Shown in pieces: positions 23,949 through 36,606 of a DNA stretch of 64,000 bases. This DNA comes from Scyliorhinus canicula (taxonomy: Eukaryota). Numbering within the stretch: the stretch's first letter is position 1; every line of letters begins with the position of its first letter. The stretch covers positions 86,341,830 to 86,405,829 of the forward strand of contig NC_052164.1 in assembly GCF_902713615.1 (NCBI RefSeq). The letters run 5' to 3'. Below the pieces are notes generated by a model. It did not search any database. It was not told the DNA's origin and was given only the letters and a program-made list of their open reading frames with translations. The translations under genes and the position numbers were made by a program.

Positions 23949-24816
23949 TGTAGCCATCTGGGATGGCCACTTCCAGAATACAAAATAGACGCTCGCAAAG
24001 AATGTAGGGACAATTCTAGGAAAGCAAGCAGGCACAGAGCCTGCATGCATATTGGAGAGACAGCTCCCAGACAGAATTGAAACTATAGGTCAATTAACAT
24101 ATTGATGGCCCATCTCTGGGAACAAAGGAAAGACACTCAAGCAACCGATACAGCTCCAGACATCCCAGCGCCAGTTCCCCAAACCAAAAGCACAAACAAA
24201 GCCAAGCCAACAGCCAGCTAAGACACGCCCAGCCATCAGGGCACCCACCCCTTTATCGGTCAAGATCGATAACAGTGATTGAGAAGCGGCCCAATTGACT
24301 GGGGCCAAGTTTAAGGCCTGCCTAAAAGCGCGAGAAGCCCTTCTGGGTATAAGAAGGAACCCCCACGAGAGAATCGCTCTCTTGGATTTGGCTCTCAAAG
24401 CGGAGAGACCCTTCCACCAGCTGCACCAGAAACAAGTAAGTTCAAGGCCAATGCTCGCTACCAGACGGACAACCTTAGCTGTTCTCCTGTACATCTTCGA
24501 AACCAACAACCTCAGACCCGAACAACGGCCATTGTTCCTCTGACTGAGTGGGCACCCGAAGTTAAGTATAGGCATTAGCGTTAGAGATAGTTTAGCTTGT
24601 AGTACTTTGTGCATGAGTAGATATTACTGTGTGTGTAAATAAATAGTATTGACTTTGAACTAACTAACTGGTGTGTTGGCTCTTTGATCAGTATTCGGGT
24701 TTGAACCCTGTGGCGGTATCGAGAGATACCTGGTGACTCTAAGTGTAAACATAATTAGGATTAAGGAAGGTGACCATATTGACTGCCATATTTATAACCA
24801 AATAAATATAGCAACA
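23949..24816 (+). mobile_element. Solo LTR (868 bp), antisense within the gene A intron
   Basis: TGTAGCC...AGCAACA termini and 4-bp TSD CAGA (23945-23948 and 24817-24820). Related to the LTR at 34787-40461. Confidence 0.92.
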
Positions 24817-25094
24817 CAGATGCCCGGAATGTACATTTAATTTGTCTAATCAATGTCGATAACTTCGGAGGATTGACAAAACCGCTGTAGAGGCAGTGCA
24901 AACGGTCAATTAGCAAGTGTGGCATTCTTGGGTGGAACACTTGGTTTTGGATCTATGGTTCGAAAGCTTTCAACCTATTACCTCAACCTATAATCTTGTG
25001 TCTGAATCGGTTGTAGACTATGTGAAAAAGAATCAATGCCTTGATTAATTAACCGCTCCATTGCCATTGTATTATGTGACTACCAAGATGGTAG

Positions 25095-25442
25095 ACGGCA
25101 CAGTTTCACTTCCGCGTACTGATTCTAATAGTATTTTCCTTAAATTAAACTAGGAAACAGCAGGTTTGTGAAATCAAACACATTCTGCACTATTTCTAAT
25201 CTCCGATATAATTTTTGGTTACGTTACATGCACTTCTTTATTCTATACCTCAATATAATCCTTCAATCTGATCTGTTTCTCGCAATATTTCTTTTCTCTT
25301 TTTAGGTTAATGTATTGCCTCTGAAATGGCAGCTTTATGTTTATTCTTGTTTTTCTTACTTGGATTATCGGAGTTAATCTTCCTATTAGTTTTATGGTTG
25401 CTTTATTTTTTCCACTTTTCTTTTCTTAATCAACAAAACTTC
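25095..25442 (+). repeat. Copy 1 of a ~350-bp diverged direct repeat
   Basis: Aligns by eye with 26725-26829 plus 27327-27560, e.g. CGCGTACTGATT, CACATTCTGCACT, CTTCTTTATTCTATACCTCAATATAATCCTT, TTGCCTCTGAAATGGCAGCTTTATGTTTATT. Confidence 0.88.
25102..25113 (-). promoter_or_regulatory. ETS-IRF composite / ISRE-like motif GGAAGTGAAACT
   Basis: Matches GGAANNGAAA(CT); lies in the gene A intron. Motif only, function untested. Confidence 0.35.
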
Positions 25443-25754
25443 TCAATCATTTTGTTTTTTCATCTGTGTTCCCAAACTTTGGCCTTTCTTAGTCTTGCAA
25501 TTCCTATATCCTATTTGAAAAATTTCACCAGTCTTCCCAAAGATTTCCACCAAAATTGATTGAAGAAGAGGCCACATAACATTAGAAATCAGTTTGGAGA
25601 TGGGTAAAGAATGGGAATAAAGGGATGGTGATATGAGTGGGTGTACGAGAAAGCATTTTAGATTAATTGTTAAGACCAAATGATTACTTTCATTAACTGA
25701 ATATTCTTCAAACACTCTAACTGTGTGAACTACAATTTATAGGATATAGTATTT

Positions 25755-25980
25755 TTTAAAGTAAATTTAGAAGACCCAATTCATTTTTTTCTAATTAAGG
25801 GGCAATTTAGCACGGCCAATCCACCTACCCTGCACATCTTTTGGGATGCGGGGGCGAAACGCATGCAAACACGGGGAGAATATGCAAACTCCACACGGAC
25901 TGTGACCCAGAGCCAGGATCGAACCTGGGACCTCAGCACCGTCAGGCCGCATTCCTAACCACTGTGCCTCCGTGCTGCCC
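25755..25980 (-). mobile_element. V-SINE-type SINE (short subfamily)
   Basis: Reverse complement of the 15808-16030 type. Confidence 0.85.
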
Positions 25981-26164
25981 CTAGGATATAGTATTAATGA
26001 CAGAGACAATTTAGTTCAAGTGCTCCTTTTTTTATTTTCTAAGGTGATGAAAAATTCTTTGATGAATTGCAATTCATGCATACAGTTTCAATATCTTCTT
26101 TCCTATTATTTCACATTAACATGCTAAAGTTTGGGAAATAAGTCAGGCATCTTGGAACACTAAC

Positions 26165-26311
26165 CTTACAGGAGTAAAACACTGCAACCAGTCCAATTGG
26201 AAAACAGCAACACAGCAAATTAAAAATGGACCACAGTAAATAGGTTTCCATCGGTGGATCTGGAGGGTCTTCTGACTTTTCCATCTTCTCACTTTTCTTT
26301 ACTTTGCACAT
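26165..26311 (-). CDS. IFITM-like/dispanin (CD225) gene A, coding exon 1
   Basis: [49 protein letters not shown], then donor AAG|GTTAGT (phase 0, the canonical IFITM intron position). An upstream acceptor TTTCTTTTCAG| at 26419 implies a further 5' non-coding exon. Confidence 0.92.
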
Positions 26312-26724
26312 TGTTTCAGTTCTTCTGCTTTAAATAGGTTCCTTACAATTCTAGTTTATGGGAATTGATTCTCCAGTCACTCTTTCTATTGTTCCATTTG
26401 CTATTGTTATTGGTGGATTCTGAAAAGAAAGGTGTGCTTAACATGGTGCAGACAGTGGTCATGCAATGTTTTAAAGCAATATAATGACAAACCTATATAA
26501 AGGAAAACAAAGATTGAGATTAGAGTTGCTTAACTCATAATTAAATATAAATTGTAGCTCAAACCTACACTTTAAATTGAGTGGTTAAAATATGATGTGG
26601 CAAGGTTAATCTAGTGATGTAACTGAGAAAATAAGTCAGAACATTGGTGACTATAGCTTCTACTTAGTAAATGCACGTGTTAAGTCCATCATTCTGGTTG
26701 TGATCAAATTCTGGCATCTCGTGA

Positions 26725-27560
26725 AACACGGTCACTTTCGCGTACTGATTCCAATGGTATTTTCCTTCAATAAAACTAGGAAAAGTTTGTGGAATCAACC
26801 ACATTCTGCACTGTTTCTATTCTTCAAACAAGGAGCGATTCATTGGAAATAAATTCGAAGTCCGCTTTCGGGCACATTTGGTGGAATTTTTCTCAACGGC
26901 TGCATTGCCGAGATTAACACCGCTATTGAACTGTACTGTGCCATTTTTTGGAGGCCTTGGGGAGCGTCTCCCCCTCAAGGTCACACTTAAGCACTTTACC
27001 TGCACTGGTGAGCTGAGTTCCCCAGCACGACCGAATCCTTGCAGATCGGGCCGCCATTTTGAACAGCTGCTCCAATCTCTACAACCCCCCTTTCCTTCCC
27101 GCTTTCAGGACACCCCATCATCTCGCCAATCTTTTATTGTCCCCTCAAACAACACCCCCTTTCATAGGCAAGGCCTCCCAGGGCGTGACCCTTAGAAGTG
27201 TCAACCTGGAGATGCCATCACGCCTGGCTAAGATTGTGGAAATCAGTGCTTAACGGCACTCAGTGATGTCTCGCAGACACGGCCTTTGACTCCCGCTGGG
27301 CGCAACGCGGTGGCTGAATCGTGCCCATAACTTTTTGTTACATTACATGCGCTTCTTTATTCTATACCTCAATATAATCCTTAAATTAATCTGCTTCTCA
27401 CGATATTTCTTTTTTCCTTTTCAGTTTAATGTTTTGCCTCTGAAATGGCAGCTTTATGTTTATTGTTGTTTCTCCACTTGGATCACTGAATTAATCTTCC
27501 TATTATTTTTATACTTCTTTTATGTTTTCCACTTTTCTTTTCTTATTAAACAAAACTTTT
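26725..27560 (+). repeat. Copy 2 of the direct repeat, split by a MITE (~26831-27326)
   Basis: See copy 1. The insert has imperfect TIRs AGGAGCGATTCA / TGAATCGTGCCC. Confidence 0.8.
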
Positions 27561-28272
27561 AGTTTTTCCTTCTAGGTTTCCATGCCCTTCAGTCTGCCCA
27601 CCTTCATTCTTACACATATATCCATTTAGCCGCCCAACCGTCACTCATTCCCCTTATTATGACTTCCCCCCCTCCACATTCTAGAACTTGCTAGTTTTAA
27701 ACATGAAAGCTCCAACATCTAACATAGAATTTACAGCACAGAAGCAAGCCATTCTGGCCAATGATGTGAGACTCCTTCCAGCCCTGTTCATTATAGGCAT
27801 ATGAGCATAACTGTCCACCTCCATGTGCTTGTCCAGCTGCCCTTTAGTATTCACTTCAGCTACTCCTGATTGGTGGCTCGTCCTGTGCAACCAGCTAAAA
27901 TAAATTTTCTGTTGGAAGATCCAGCTGAGACAGATTGAAGTATTAATTATTTACAAATGCAACCGCTAATAACAATGGAACATAGATTGCAAACTCTCTG
28001 CAGTGTATTTGACATACAGGTATACCAGCATAAAAACCGGCACAGGGCTACAGCTTAAATTACACATAAAAAAAATAGACTTGCTTTTCATGACTTTATG
28101 AGATGCAAAGCACTTTGCAGCTAATTAGATAATGTTTGTTATAGTTACTGTTGTAATGTAGGAGATAAAACATTTCTCGTTCGATGGCTGCCTTTTTCAT
28201 TACGGAAAGTACTAAATACAGGCAGGTGGTGGGACTTTGCAGGTTAAAACCCTCACCTGATTTAAAGGTACA

Positions 28273-28456
28273 GGCTGGAATTCTCTGGCCGTCGGGATTC
28301 TCTTTTCCCGTTGGCCCGTGGGTTTCCTGGTAGTGTAGGGTGGCTTCAATGGGAAATCCCATTGGCAAGCTGCGGGAAGAGAGAATCTCCCCCCCACCCC
28401 GCCAGTGAATGGCCACCACCAAGAAACACGTGGCTGGGGTACGGGAGAATCCCGCC
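28273..28456. mobile_element. Short MITE
   Basis: Imperfect TIR GGCTGGAATTCTC / GAGAATCCCGCC. Confidence 0.6.
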
Positions 28457-29131
28457 GCATATCTACCATGCAGTTGTCTCCTCAGGCAGGAAGAAACACC
28501 ATAAAATGTGCCATATGTTATTCGTAAACCAACAACATCCCTAACAAAGCGCAAGGATATATATACCTTGTGCCTTTTCCCTTATTGTTACAGATTTCCC
28601 TGAGCTTTCCTAAATGTAAAATCCAAGATTGGCTAATGATCAAACCACTTCCAGCCTCCATGTATATTGCTCAGTCTCTCCTGGCTTAATTATCAGGCTG
28701 CTTGGTGAGTTAAGACTGCACAGCAGCAACTAAAGTAGCAACGTCCAGCCAAGTATCACTCCAGGAAGGAAAAAGACTTAAATACTGCACTCAGCCAGCG
28801 AGCAGCTGGAAGGCATGAGAGCTTTATCAGTGAGCTACAAGCTAAAAATGGACTAAAACCTACTGCCACTATCCTGTCCTGTATAAAAATGGCACTAAAA
28901 ATGGACAAGCAAAAATCTTGGAACGCAAGGCCAATCTTTCAATTTCCCTCCTGCCATGTGTGCAAAATGGTAAGCGGCAACTCAACTACCTGTGCTGGAC
29001 AGTTTGCCTTCCCGTTTCATGTAACGTTTGTGTCAGATTTGTGAATGTTGTCTGGCAATTACACATGGCATAAATAACACACCGAGGTCACATGTTACTA
29101 CCTGATGTGGTAATTGACTGTGTAAAACTAG

Positions 29132-29385
29132 TGTTATAACCTGCCTGGTTGCTACTGGCTGGGGACTATTACCTGTCCCATCCTTAGTGAGTATGAGCTC
29201 CCTCAATGAGGAGGGCGGAGAAATCATTAGCAGAGTTACCTGCATAAATAGGGCTGGCCAGCATGGAACCAGCTAGAGAGGAGAGAGCAGTGGTGGAGTA
29301 CTGCTGTTGTAGATATGTAATTGTAAATAAAGTTATTTCCTTCGATTCTGCAAACTCATGCTGGATTCTTCGTAGCCCTCACACA
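29132..29385 (+). mobile_element. Gypsy-family solo LTR (254 bp)
   Basis: TG...CA termini, flanking duplication AACTAG, and GAGTATGAGCTCCCTCAATGA shared with the LTRs at 35425 and 39798. Confidence 0.85.
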
Positions 29386-29519
29386 AACTAGATTGTATTT
29401 TTTTCCACCAACTCTATCCATTATGCTGCTTTCTGCATAAATGATCATGAACGGTGACCAGGGAACCTAAATGTCATATTCCATGATTGCAGTATCATTA
29501 ACTTTCACTGGTGCACAAA

Positions 29520-30075
29520 ATAGGAACATAGGAATGTAAGAATTAGGAGCAGAAGTAGGCAATTTAGCCCTTCGAGTCTGCTCTGCCATTCAATCAGATC
29601 ATGGCTGATCTCTTCCTGGTCTCAAAACCACATCCCTACCTGTTCCCTATATCACTTTACCCCTTCTTTTTTCTTCAGAAATCTATCTATCTCCCTCTTG
29701 AAACCATTTAAAGATTCGGACTCCAGCGCACTATGGGCAGCGAGTTCCACAAATTCACCATCCTCTGTGAGAAGTGGTGTCTCCCTTCTCAGTTCTAAAT
29801 CTACCGCCTCTCAATCTATATGTGTGACCTCTTGCTCTAGATTGCCCCACAAGGGGGAACATTTGGTCTACATTTATTCTATCAATCCCTTTTAGTATTT
29901 TATAAACCTCGATCAGATCCCTTCTCATCCTTCTAAACTCCAGTGAGTATAAGCTCAGACTGTTTAATCTTGCCTCATACGTCAACCCCTTCATCCCCAG
30001 AATCAATCTGGTGAACCTCCTCTGAACTGCTTCCAATGCCTCCACATCCTTCCTTAAAATAACACGGGTAACCCA
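29520..30075 (-). mobile_element. CR1 LINE 3' fragment
   Basis: RKDVEALEAVQRRFTRLI..SLEFRRMRRDLIEVYKIL. Confidence 0.88.
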
Positions 30076-30639
30076 CACAAATTGTCTTTCTTCCCAATGA
30101 TAGCAGTTACTTGCCGATACAACTGATGATATTCAGCTGCTGTCTGACTGTTTTGCAGATGCAGGGGTTTTAACCTTATAGTCAACTTGAGAAGGACTAA
30201 GTCAGCTGCAACTTTGGAAAACTTAGCCTGGAAATTTACGCCAGCGGGAATTTAAGATCCTGGGAAGTCAATGGACTTTTGAAAGTTCTCTGCATTTTAT
30301 GGGCCTGCTCTGCAATGACAGGGCCATACAATTGTGTTATTAGAGTTTCCAGCAGAAATGAGGGGTTACTCTGCTAATAATGGATACTATATACCAAGCT
30401 GTTATCTTCTCTGCTGTACTATAAGGATTAGAGTTGCTGTCATATCAAGGGACTTGACCATTTATACCTATGCTGTCCTCAATGTATCACCAGCATCAAG
30501 TGGCTAAACTGGGAGCATTATGGTGATATCATCAAGCAACAACAACAACAGCTTGCATTTATAAAGCCCTTTTAATGTAGTAAAAGCTCCTGGGGCCTTG
30601 AACTTGGAACATCAGAAAACAGAATTTGCCACTGTGCAT

Positions 30640-33050
30640 ATAAAGAGATTTAAGGTGAGCGGACTCATCCAGGAGACAAGAAGATGAATGTCGAACTAAT
30701 TTTATTTTAAACTCAAAAGTAAAGACTCCGGGCATACAACACAAGTGTCTCAGCCTGGGACTAACAGAACTCCCAGTCCTAGTCTGGGGCAGTATTTAAA
30801 GGGTTCAATAATGTGTCCCAGTTGGTTGGGCCTCTGCCCGTTACTATGGGAACTCGTACACTGCGAGGCCCATTGGGAGATCAATGAGTGATCCGTCATG
30901 GTCCTCGTGAGGGTTATCTCATCCCTTCTTCACGCTCCTGCTATAAGGCCTTCTTTACCGCTATGCGTACAGCCTTGAGTCCACCACCAGTGATGTTGGA
31001 TCTGGGGGTGTAAAGTGGATGGTCAACGCCGCTTCCTAGCTGAGTGTTGAAGGGCCAATGTTGGGGGCTCTACCCCAATGTTAACTTCTGGCAGTGCTGC
31101 GACACCTCAATCTCCATGTTCGAGCCTGAGTCCTCATCCATTTGGAGAATGACTCTTGGGCATACCATGAGTTGAGTCCCCTGTCTGGAGGCAGGTTCCA
31201 AGGACGTTGAGATTGTTTCCCCAACCGGAGTTGTTTCCGTAGTCGAGGATTATCTGCTCCAAAGATGGTCCACATGGTTTTTTACAGTCCACTCTTAGAT
31301 CTTGTGCTTGTACAACACGGGGCCTGTCTTCTCAACTACCACTCCCCGAATCCAAGGGGACCTGTCTCCAAAATTGTGAATATAGACAATCTCTCAAGGC
31401 TTGAAAGTCCTGTGGAGTCGTTGGCTGTTATAATTTCTTTTCTGAGGCACATGTTTTGACTCCACTTTCCCACCTAGGTTGGGAAACAATAGACTGAATC
31501 TGGTCTGGGGCATCGGGCCATCAACAGTTCTGCTGGCGTAAACCCCGTTGTCATAAATGGCATTATCCTGTAACTAAGGAGGAACCAAGCAAACTTGATG
31601 TTGAGCGAGCCAGAGGTCTGTTTCTTCATACCTATTTTAAATGTTTGGGCCACCCGCTTGGCCAAACCATTAGAAGATGGCTGGTAGGGCATCGTTCGAT
31701 TATGCTTCAACCCATTAGATTTCATGAACGCCTGGAATTCTCTGCTGATGAAAGGGGTTCTGTTGAGGGCCTCCAGTATCCCCCACGAGTGAAAAATGAT
31801 TGCGAGAGTTTCTCTATAGTGGTGCTGGAAGGCATGGCGAACATCTGATGTATGTTCATCCATTTAAAAAGGGCATCAACGAAGATGAAAAAAATTGCCC
31901 CCATAAACAGCCCGGTGAATTCCACGTGTACCTGTACCCAAGGCCTCCCTAGCCATTCCCCTGAGGGTAGCGAGGCCGACGTTGGGAGCTTCTGGTTTTC
32001 TTGACATAATGGGCACTGTTTCACCAAACTTTCAATGTTGGAATCAAGCCCTGGCCACCAGACATACCTCCTTGCGAACATTTTCATCCTGGAGACTCCT
32101 GGTGAAACTGTGGAGATTGTTCAAGATTGGACACTGGCCAGGGCGGGGGACAAACACTCAGGCTCCCCACATGATGATGCCATCTTCCACCATGAATTCT
32201 TGGCATTTGGATAGGAAGGGATTCAGGTCCTCTGGAAGGGGTCCTTGGATTCTGCCACTCCGGATCACATGGTGTAGCTTTCCCAGCATGGGGTCCTTCT
32301 GGGTCCATGTCTGGATCGGTCTGGTAGACACAGGCAAGGAGTTCATAAAATTTGAAGTCATGATGACTGTCCGTTCTTGGTGAGGAGGGGGGGGGGGGGT
32401 GAGCTTGTGGGTAGCGGTAGGCGACTCAGGGTGTCAGCATCGGCTATGTGCTTTCCCGAGCAGTGCTCGAGCGAGTACTCATGTGCCGCCAACAATAGTG
32501 CCGATCGCTGAAGCCAAATCAAGCCACTGGGTGGAACCGCCCTGTCCACCTAACAAAGGCCCACAGGAATTTATGGTCTGCGATTATGCTAAAATGTCGA
32601 CCATAGACGTAGCGATGGAATTTTCTCACTCCGATGATCATGGCCCTCTTTCTCGATTTGTGCATAGAGTCACTCCGCATCTGCCAGGGTTGGTGACACA
32701 TATACAATTGGTCACTCGGCGCCATTGTCCAATGATGGGAGAGGACTGCCCCTACTCCGTGTGGAGAGGCATCGTATGTCAGTACCAGTGGTCTTGTGGG
32801 AACGTAGGCCACCAAGATATTGGACGACAGCAGCTGTTGCTTCAGTTTTGTGAATGCTTCATTCTGTGGTACCTGCCATGACCACTTCTGTATTTTTTAG
32901 CAATTCGTCGTGGGGTGTCAGGTGGGGGAGTAAACTTCCCTTAATAATTGTGAGGCCTCGGAACTACTTCAATTCCATTATGTTTCACGGGGCCGGTGCC
33001 CCTTTTATAGGCTTCACATTGTTCTCGACAGGGTGTAGGGCTTGTTGGGG
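30640..33050 (-). mobile_element. Degraded Ty3/Gypsy element (RNase H and integrase remnants, PPT and 3' LTR remnant)
   Basis: MKMFARRYVWWPGLD, PYQPSSNGLAKR, DASPHGVGAVL; multiple frameshifts; similar to the element at 35425. Confidence 0.85.
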
Positions 33051-33339
33051 CATTGGGGGTGTCTCAGGTTTGTGTCAAGGAGTCGAGAGATCAGGGAGCC
33101 ATTTAAAAATGGCATCACAATCTCTTCCTGCTTTGGTCCTCAGAGCAGGAAATTCTGCTAACTGCGGCCTTGGGGGTGGGTTGGGGGGGGGGGGGGGTGT
33201 AGTTCCCCGCTGGGGCACGAGAACAAGACAGCGTGCCATCAGATAGACCCCACAAATCCAGCCCAAAATGGATTATGTTTTATGTTGATTAGATCGGCCC
33301 CCCGATATCTTTTTATACTATCTTTTCTCTTCACAACAT

Positions 33340-33850
33340 CCTCTCTGACCTATTTTGAGTCAAATCAGCAAATTTGGCAACCATCTCTTCATCCGAGCCA
33401 TTTATATAAATTGCAACCAATGACATCCCAGCACTGATCTCTGTGGCACACTATTTGTTCCACCTTGCCAACCTGAAAAATACCCATTTATGCCTACTCT
33501 CTGCTTCCTGTAAACTAACCAATCATCTATCCATGTCAATATGTTACCTCCTATACCATAGCTTATATTTTCTGCAATAATCTTTGATGTGCCATTTTAT
33601 CAAATCTGGAAATCAGTACATCCACTGGTTCCTCTTTATCCACAGTACATATTGCCTCCTCAATGAACTCCAAAATGAACTCAAGTGCCCTGCTATAGTT
33701 CCTTTAATAATATCTTCTAACATTTTCCCTACGACAGATGTTAAGCTAACTGTCTTACAATTCCCAGCCTTCTGTCCACTTCCCTTTTTTGAATAATGGA
33801 GTTACATTTGCTATCTTTCAATCTAATGGGACCTTCTCCGAATCTAGGAT
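33340..33850 (-). mobile_element. Old CR1 RT-region fragment
   Basis: The reverse strand resembles NYRPVSLTSVVGKMLE and SGVPQ..VLG..KFAD. Confidence 0.6.
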
Positions 33851-33892
33851 GTTTTAGAAAACCGTGTCAATCTGACTGGACTATCCATTACA

Positions 33893-34175
33893 TAGACATA
33901 CACAGAACATACAGTGCAGAAGGAGGCAATTCGGCCCATCGAGTCTGCACCGACCCACTTAAGCCCTCACTTCCTCCCTATTCCCGGAACCCAATAACCC
34001 CTCCTAACTTTTTCTTGCACGTCTTTGGACTGTGGGAGGAAGCCGAAGAACCCGGAGGAAACCCACGCAGACACAGGGAGAACGTGCAAACTCTGCACAG
34101 ACAGTGTCCCAGCGGGGAATCGAACCTGGGCCCCTGGCGCTGTGAAGCCACAGTGCTAGCCCCTTGTGCTACAGT
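33893..34175 (-). mobile_element. V-SINE-type SINE
   Basis: Reverse HE1-like tail, core and head. Confidence 0.8.
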
Positions 34176-34339
34176 GCAGACCTGCTGAGTATTTCCAGTA
34201 CCTGCTGTTTTTGCCTTGGAGCAATAATACCAGCTCCGGTCACGGCAGAATTAGTTGCCAGTGAATGACATGCTTGAAAAAAATAACATTTCCTCCTGAC
34301 AACCATCCCACCTACCAAATTATACCCAAGAGCTCATCA

Positions 34340-34786
34340 CAGATCAACTGGGAAGAGGACAAAGGCTACCACATTCCTCTTTGCTCCCCCCACTGAGTCA
34401 CTGTACCATGATCAGTCAGACCATCTACCTTGCAGCCTCCAGTCTCACCCAAACAAACGGAAGAAACCTCAAACTTGTTGGACATTTGTAAAGGCTGATG
34501 CTCTCGATCTCATGTCCTCTGAATCTCCTTATCTGCCTCCCTTGCAGTCACACATCTTTAGTCTCTGACCACTGGCCTAAGGGGTGTGACTGGCTCCTAG
34601 TACAAAAGATCCAGGTAACTTTCCCCCGTCCCGATGCATTTCAGTGCCTTTTGTTCAGCTTCCAACCCATAGACTCCAACCAAAGCTGTTCGAACTTCAA
34701 ACATTTACCACAAACATGTTTGCCCTTGATCAAACTGTCACTCAGGGGATCCCACATGATGCAGCTGTGACATATCGTCAACACTC
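34340..34786 (-). pseudogene. Old CR1 ORF1 N-terminal remnant; its start codon is displaced to ~40469 by the LTR insertion
   Basis: VLTICHSCIMWD..HVCGKCLKFEQL has the CxxC..CxxC pattern of ORF1 at 5013. Confidence 0.65.
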
Positions 34787-35721
34787 TGTAGCCATCTAAG
34801 ATGGCCACCTGCAAAGGACCACGGGAATTATGGCCAATCCAGGACTCAGACAGATACACAGCTAAACAGTGTTTCCAAAACACAGGTAACCAGACCCCCG
34901 CTCATTTGCATTTTAATGACCCATTTTCCCAGGACAATAGAACTCAAATCAAGCAACCGGTACAGCCACAGACTGATCGGCACCACTCCCCTTACCAGAA
35001 AGCACAACTGCCAAGATCAATGACCGCTAAGGACCTGCCCAGCCAGCAAGGCACCCGCCCCATTATGGGCCAAAATCCAAGACAGTGATCTGTCAAACTA
35101 TTGGTTTATCCAAGGTTAAGGACCTCCCCAAAGGGCGCAAAATCCCAGAGGGATAAAGGAGAATGCAGCCATGTGTTCTGTCTCTTTTCGATCAGGCCTG
35201 TGCCAACCCAATCGTAGCAGGAACAGCCAGCCAAGTTCAAGACCAACGATCGCTACCTGATGGATGAGCCCAGCAGAGACAGAGCCACTTTCTTCGAACC
35301 AGCCAAGTGAAATCCAGATAAAGGCCTTATCCATTTGCACAGTGCCGGTCACCCTGAAGTTAAGTATAGGTTATTGTAGCTGATAGGTGTTGTTTAACTC
35401 GTAGTAGATATTGTGTTTGCATGTTGTAATGAACTCCAATTGGCTTTATTGGTTGGCCAATTGGAGTATGAGCTCCCTCAATGATAGCTCATTGAGGGGG
35501 CCCATATAATCACCTGCGTAGGCTTTGTGAGAGTCTTACGTTGACTGGACTGCTAGCAGCACAGTTTGTAGCTGCTCCTATAATATCGTTATTGTAAATA
35601 AATATTGGTGTGGTGACGGAACTCCTGCCTCCCGTGGATTACTACAGTGGCGACGAGGTAAACTACGAATTTTGCGGAGACCAGCTGCCGCACTCGGAGG
35701 GTAAGCCTTGCCATTTTTAAA

Positions 35722-36606
35722 ATGCTGTTTTTTGGGAGGTTAGAGGCATTCGACCTGGCTATTGAGGACTGGTCCCAGTATGTGGAGAGAATGTGTTACT
35801 TCTTCCGGGCAAATGATATACTGACGGACGAAAGGAGACAGCTTATCCTGCTGTCGGCGTGCGGACCCTCCGCTTTCGCCATTATACGTAGTCTGACTTA
35901 TCCCGATGCGCCGGACACGAAAACTTTCCAAGAAGTAACGGAATTGGTGAAAGAGCACTACGACCCAAAACCACCCCTCATTTTGCGTAGGTACAGATTC
36001 TACACAGCGAAGCGGGAAGACAGGGAGTCAGTCACGAATTTCTTGACCCGCCTGAGAAGACTGGCGGAAAAATGTGAGTTCGGCCCGACGCTAAATGAAA
36101 TGTTTCGGGACCGGTTAGTGTGTGGTATAAACGACCTCACAATACAGAAACACCTGTTGGCGGAAACGGAGCTAGACTGCAGACAGGCGTTACAGCTCGC
36201 ACTGTCCCTAGAAAAGGCAGCAAGTGGGGCACAGGAACTACAGGGCACGCCAATGGAGGTAGATACCTGTGAGAGGGACTACCACAACGGGCCCTGCTAC
36301 CAGATAGCCGCTCACAGGAAAAACCTGAGGAATAGAGGGAAAAAGGAAATCCCCAGAACTGCCCCCAAGTCTGCTAGGACTAATTGGAGACAGAGGGAAG
36401 CACCGGCTGAGGCTCCCCCAACAGAGAAGGACCGTTTCTGGCACCAGACAGAGTGGGGTAACAATGACAGAAACCCTAGAAGGAGGTGGCAAAAGAGGAA
36501 TAGCAGGTGGGGACGCAGGGAAGTACACAACTTAGACGCCCCATCCTCCTCCGAAGGGGAACAATTATATAATATTACAACGAAGAAAGCAGAACCCCAC
36601 GGGTGA
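35722..36606 (+). CDS. Gypsy Gag
   Basis: EDWSQYVERMCYFFRAN, RYRFYTAKREDRESV, RDRLVCGI. Confidence 0.88.
   Translation: MLFFGRLEAFDLAIEDWSQYVERMCYFFRANDILTDERRQLILLSACGPSAFAIIRSLTYPDAPDTKTFQEVTELVKEHYDPKPPLILRRYRFYTAKREDRESVTNFLTRLRRLAEKCEFGPTLNEMFRDRLVCGINDLTIQKHLLAETELDCRQALQLALSLEKAASGAQELQGTPMEVDTCERDYHNGPCYQIAAHRKNLRNRGKKEIPRTAPKSARTNWRQREAPAEAPPTEKDRFWHQTEWGNNDRNPRRRWQKRNSRWGRREVHNLDAPSSSEGEQLYNITTKKAEPHG

Noticed and set aside
24090-24614. 174-aa ORF and an opposite-strand 82-aa ORF
   Set aside because: Both lie wholly inside a solo LTR and show no protein motif.
25326-27562. Hydrophobic 75-77 aa ORFs in the two repeat copies
   Set aside because: They reflect T-rich composition, and the two copies use different frames, which argues against a conserved peptide.
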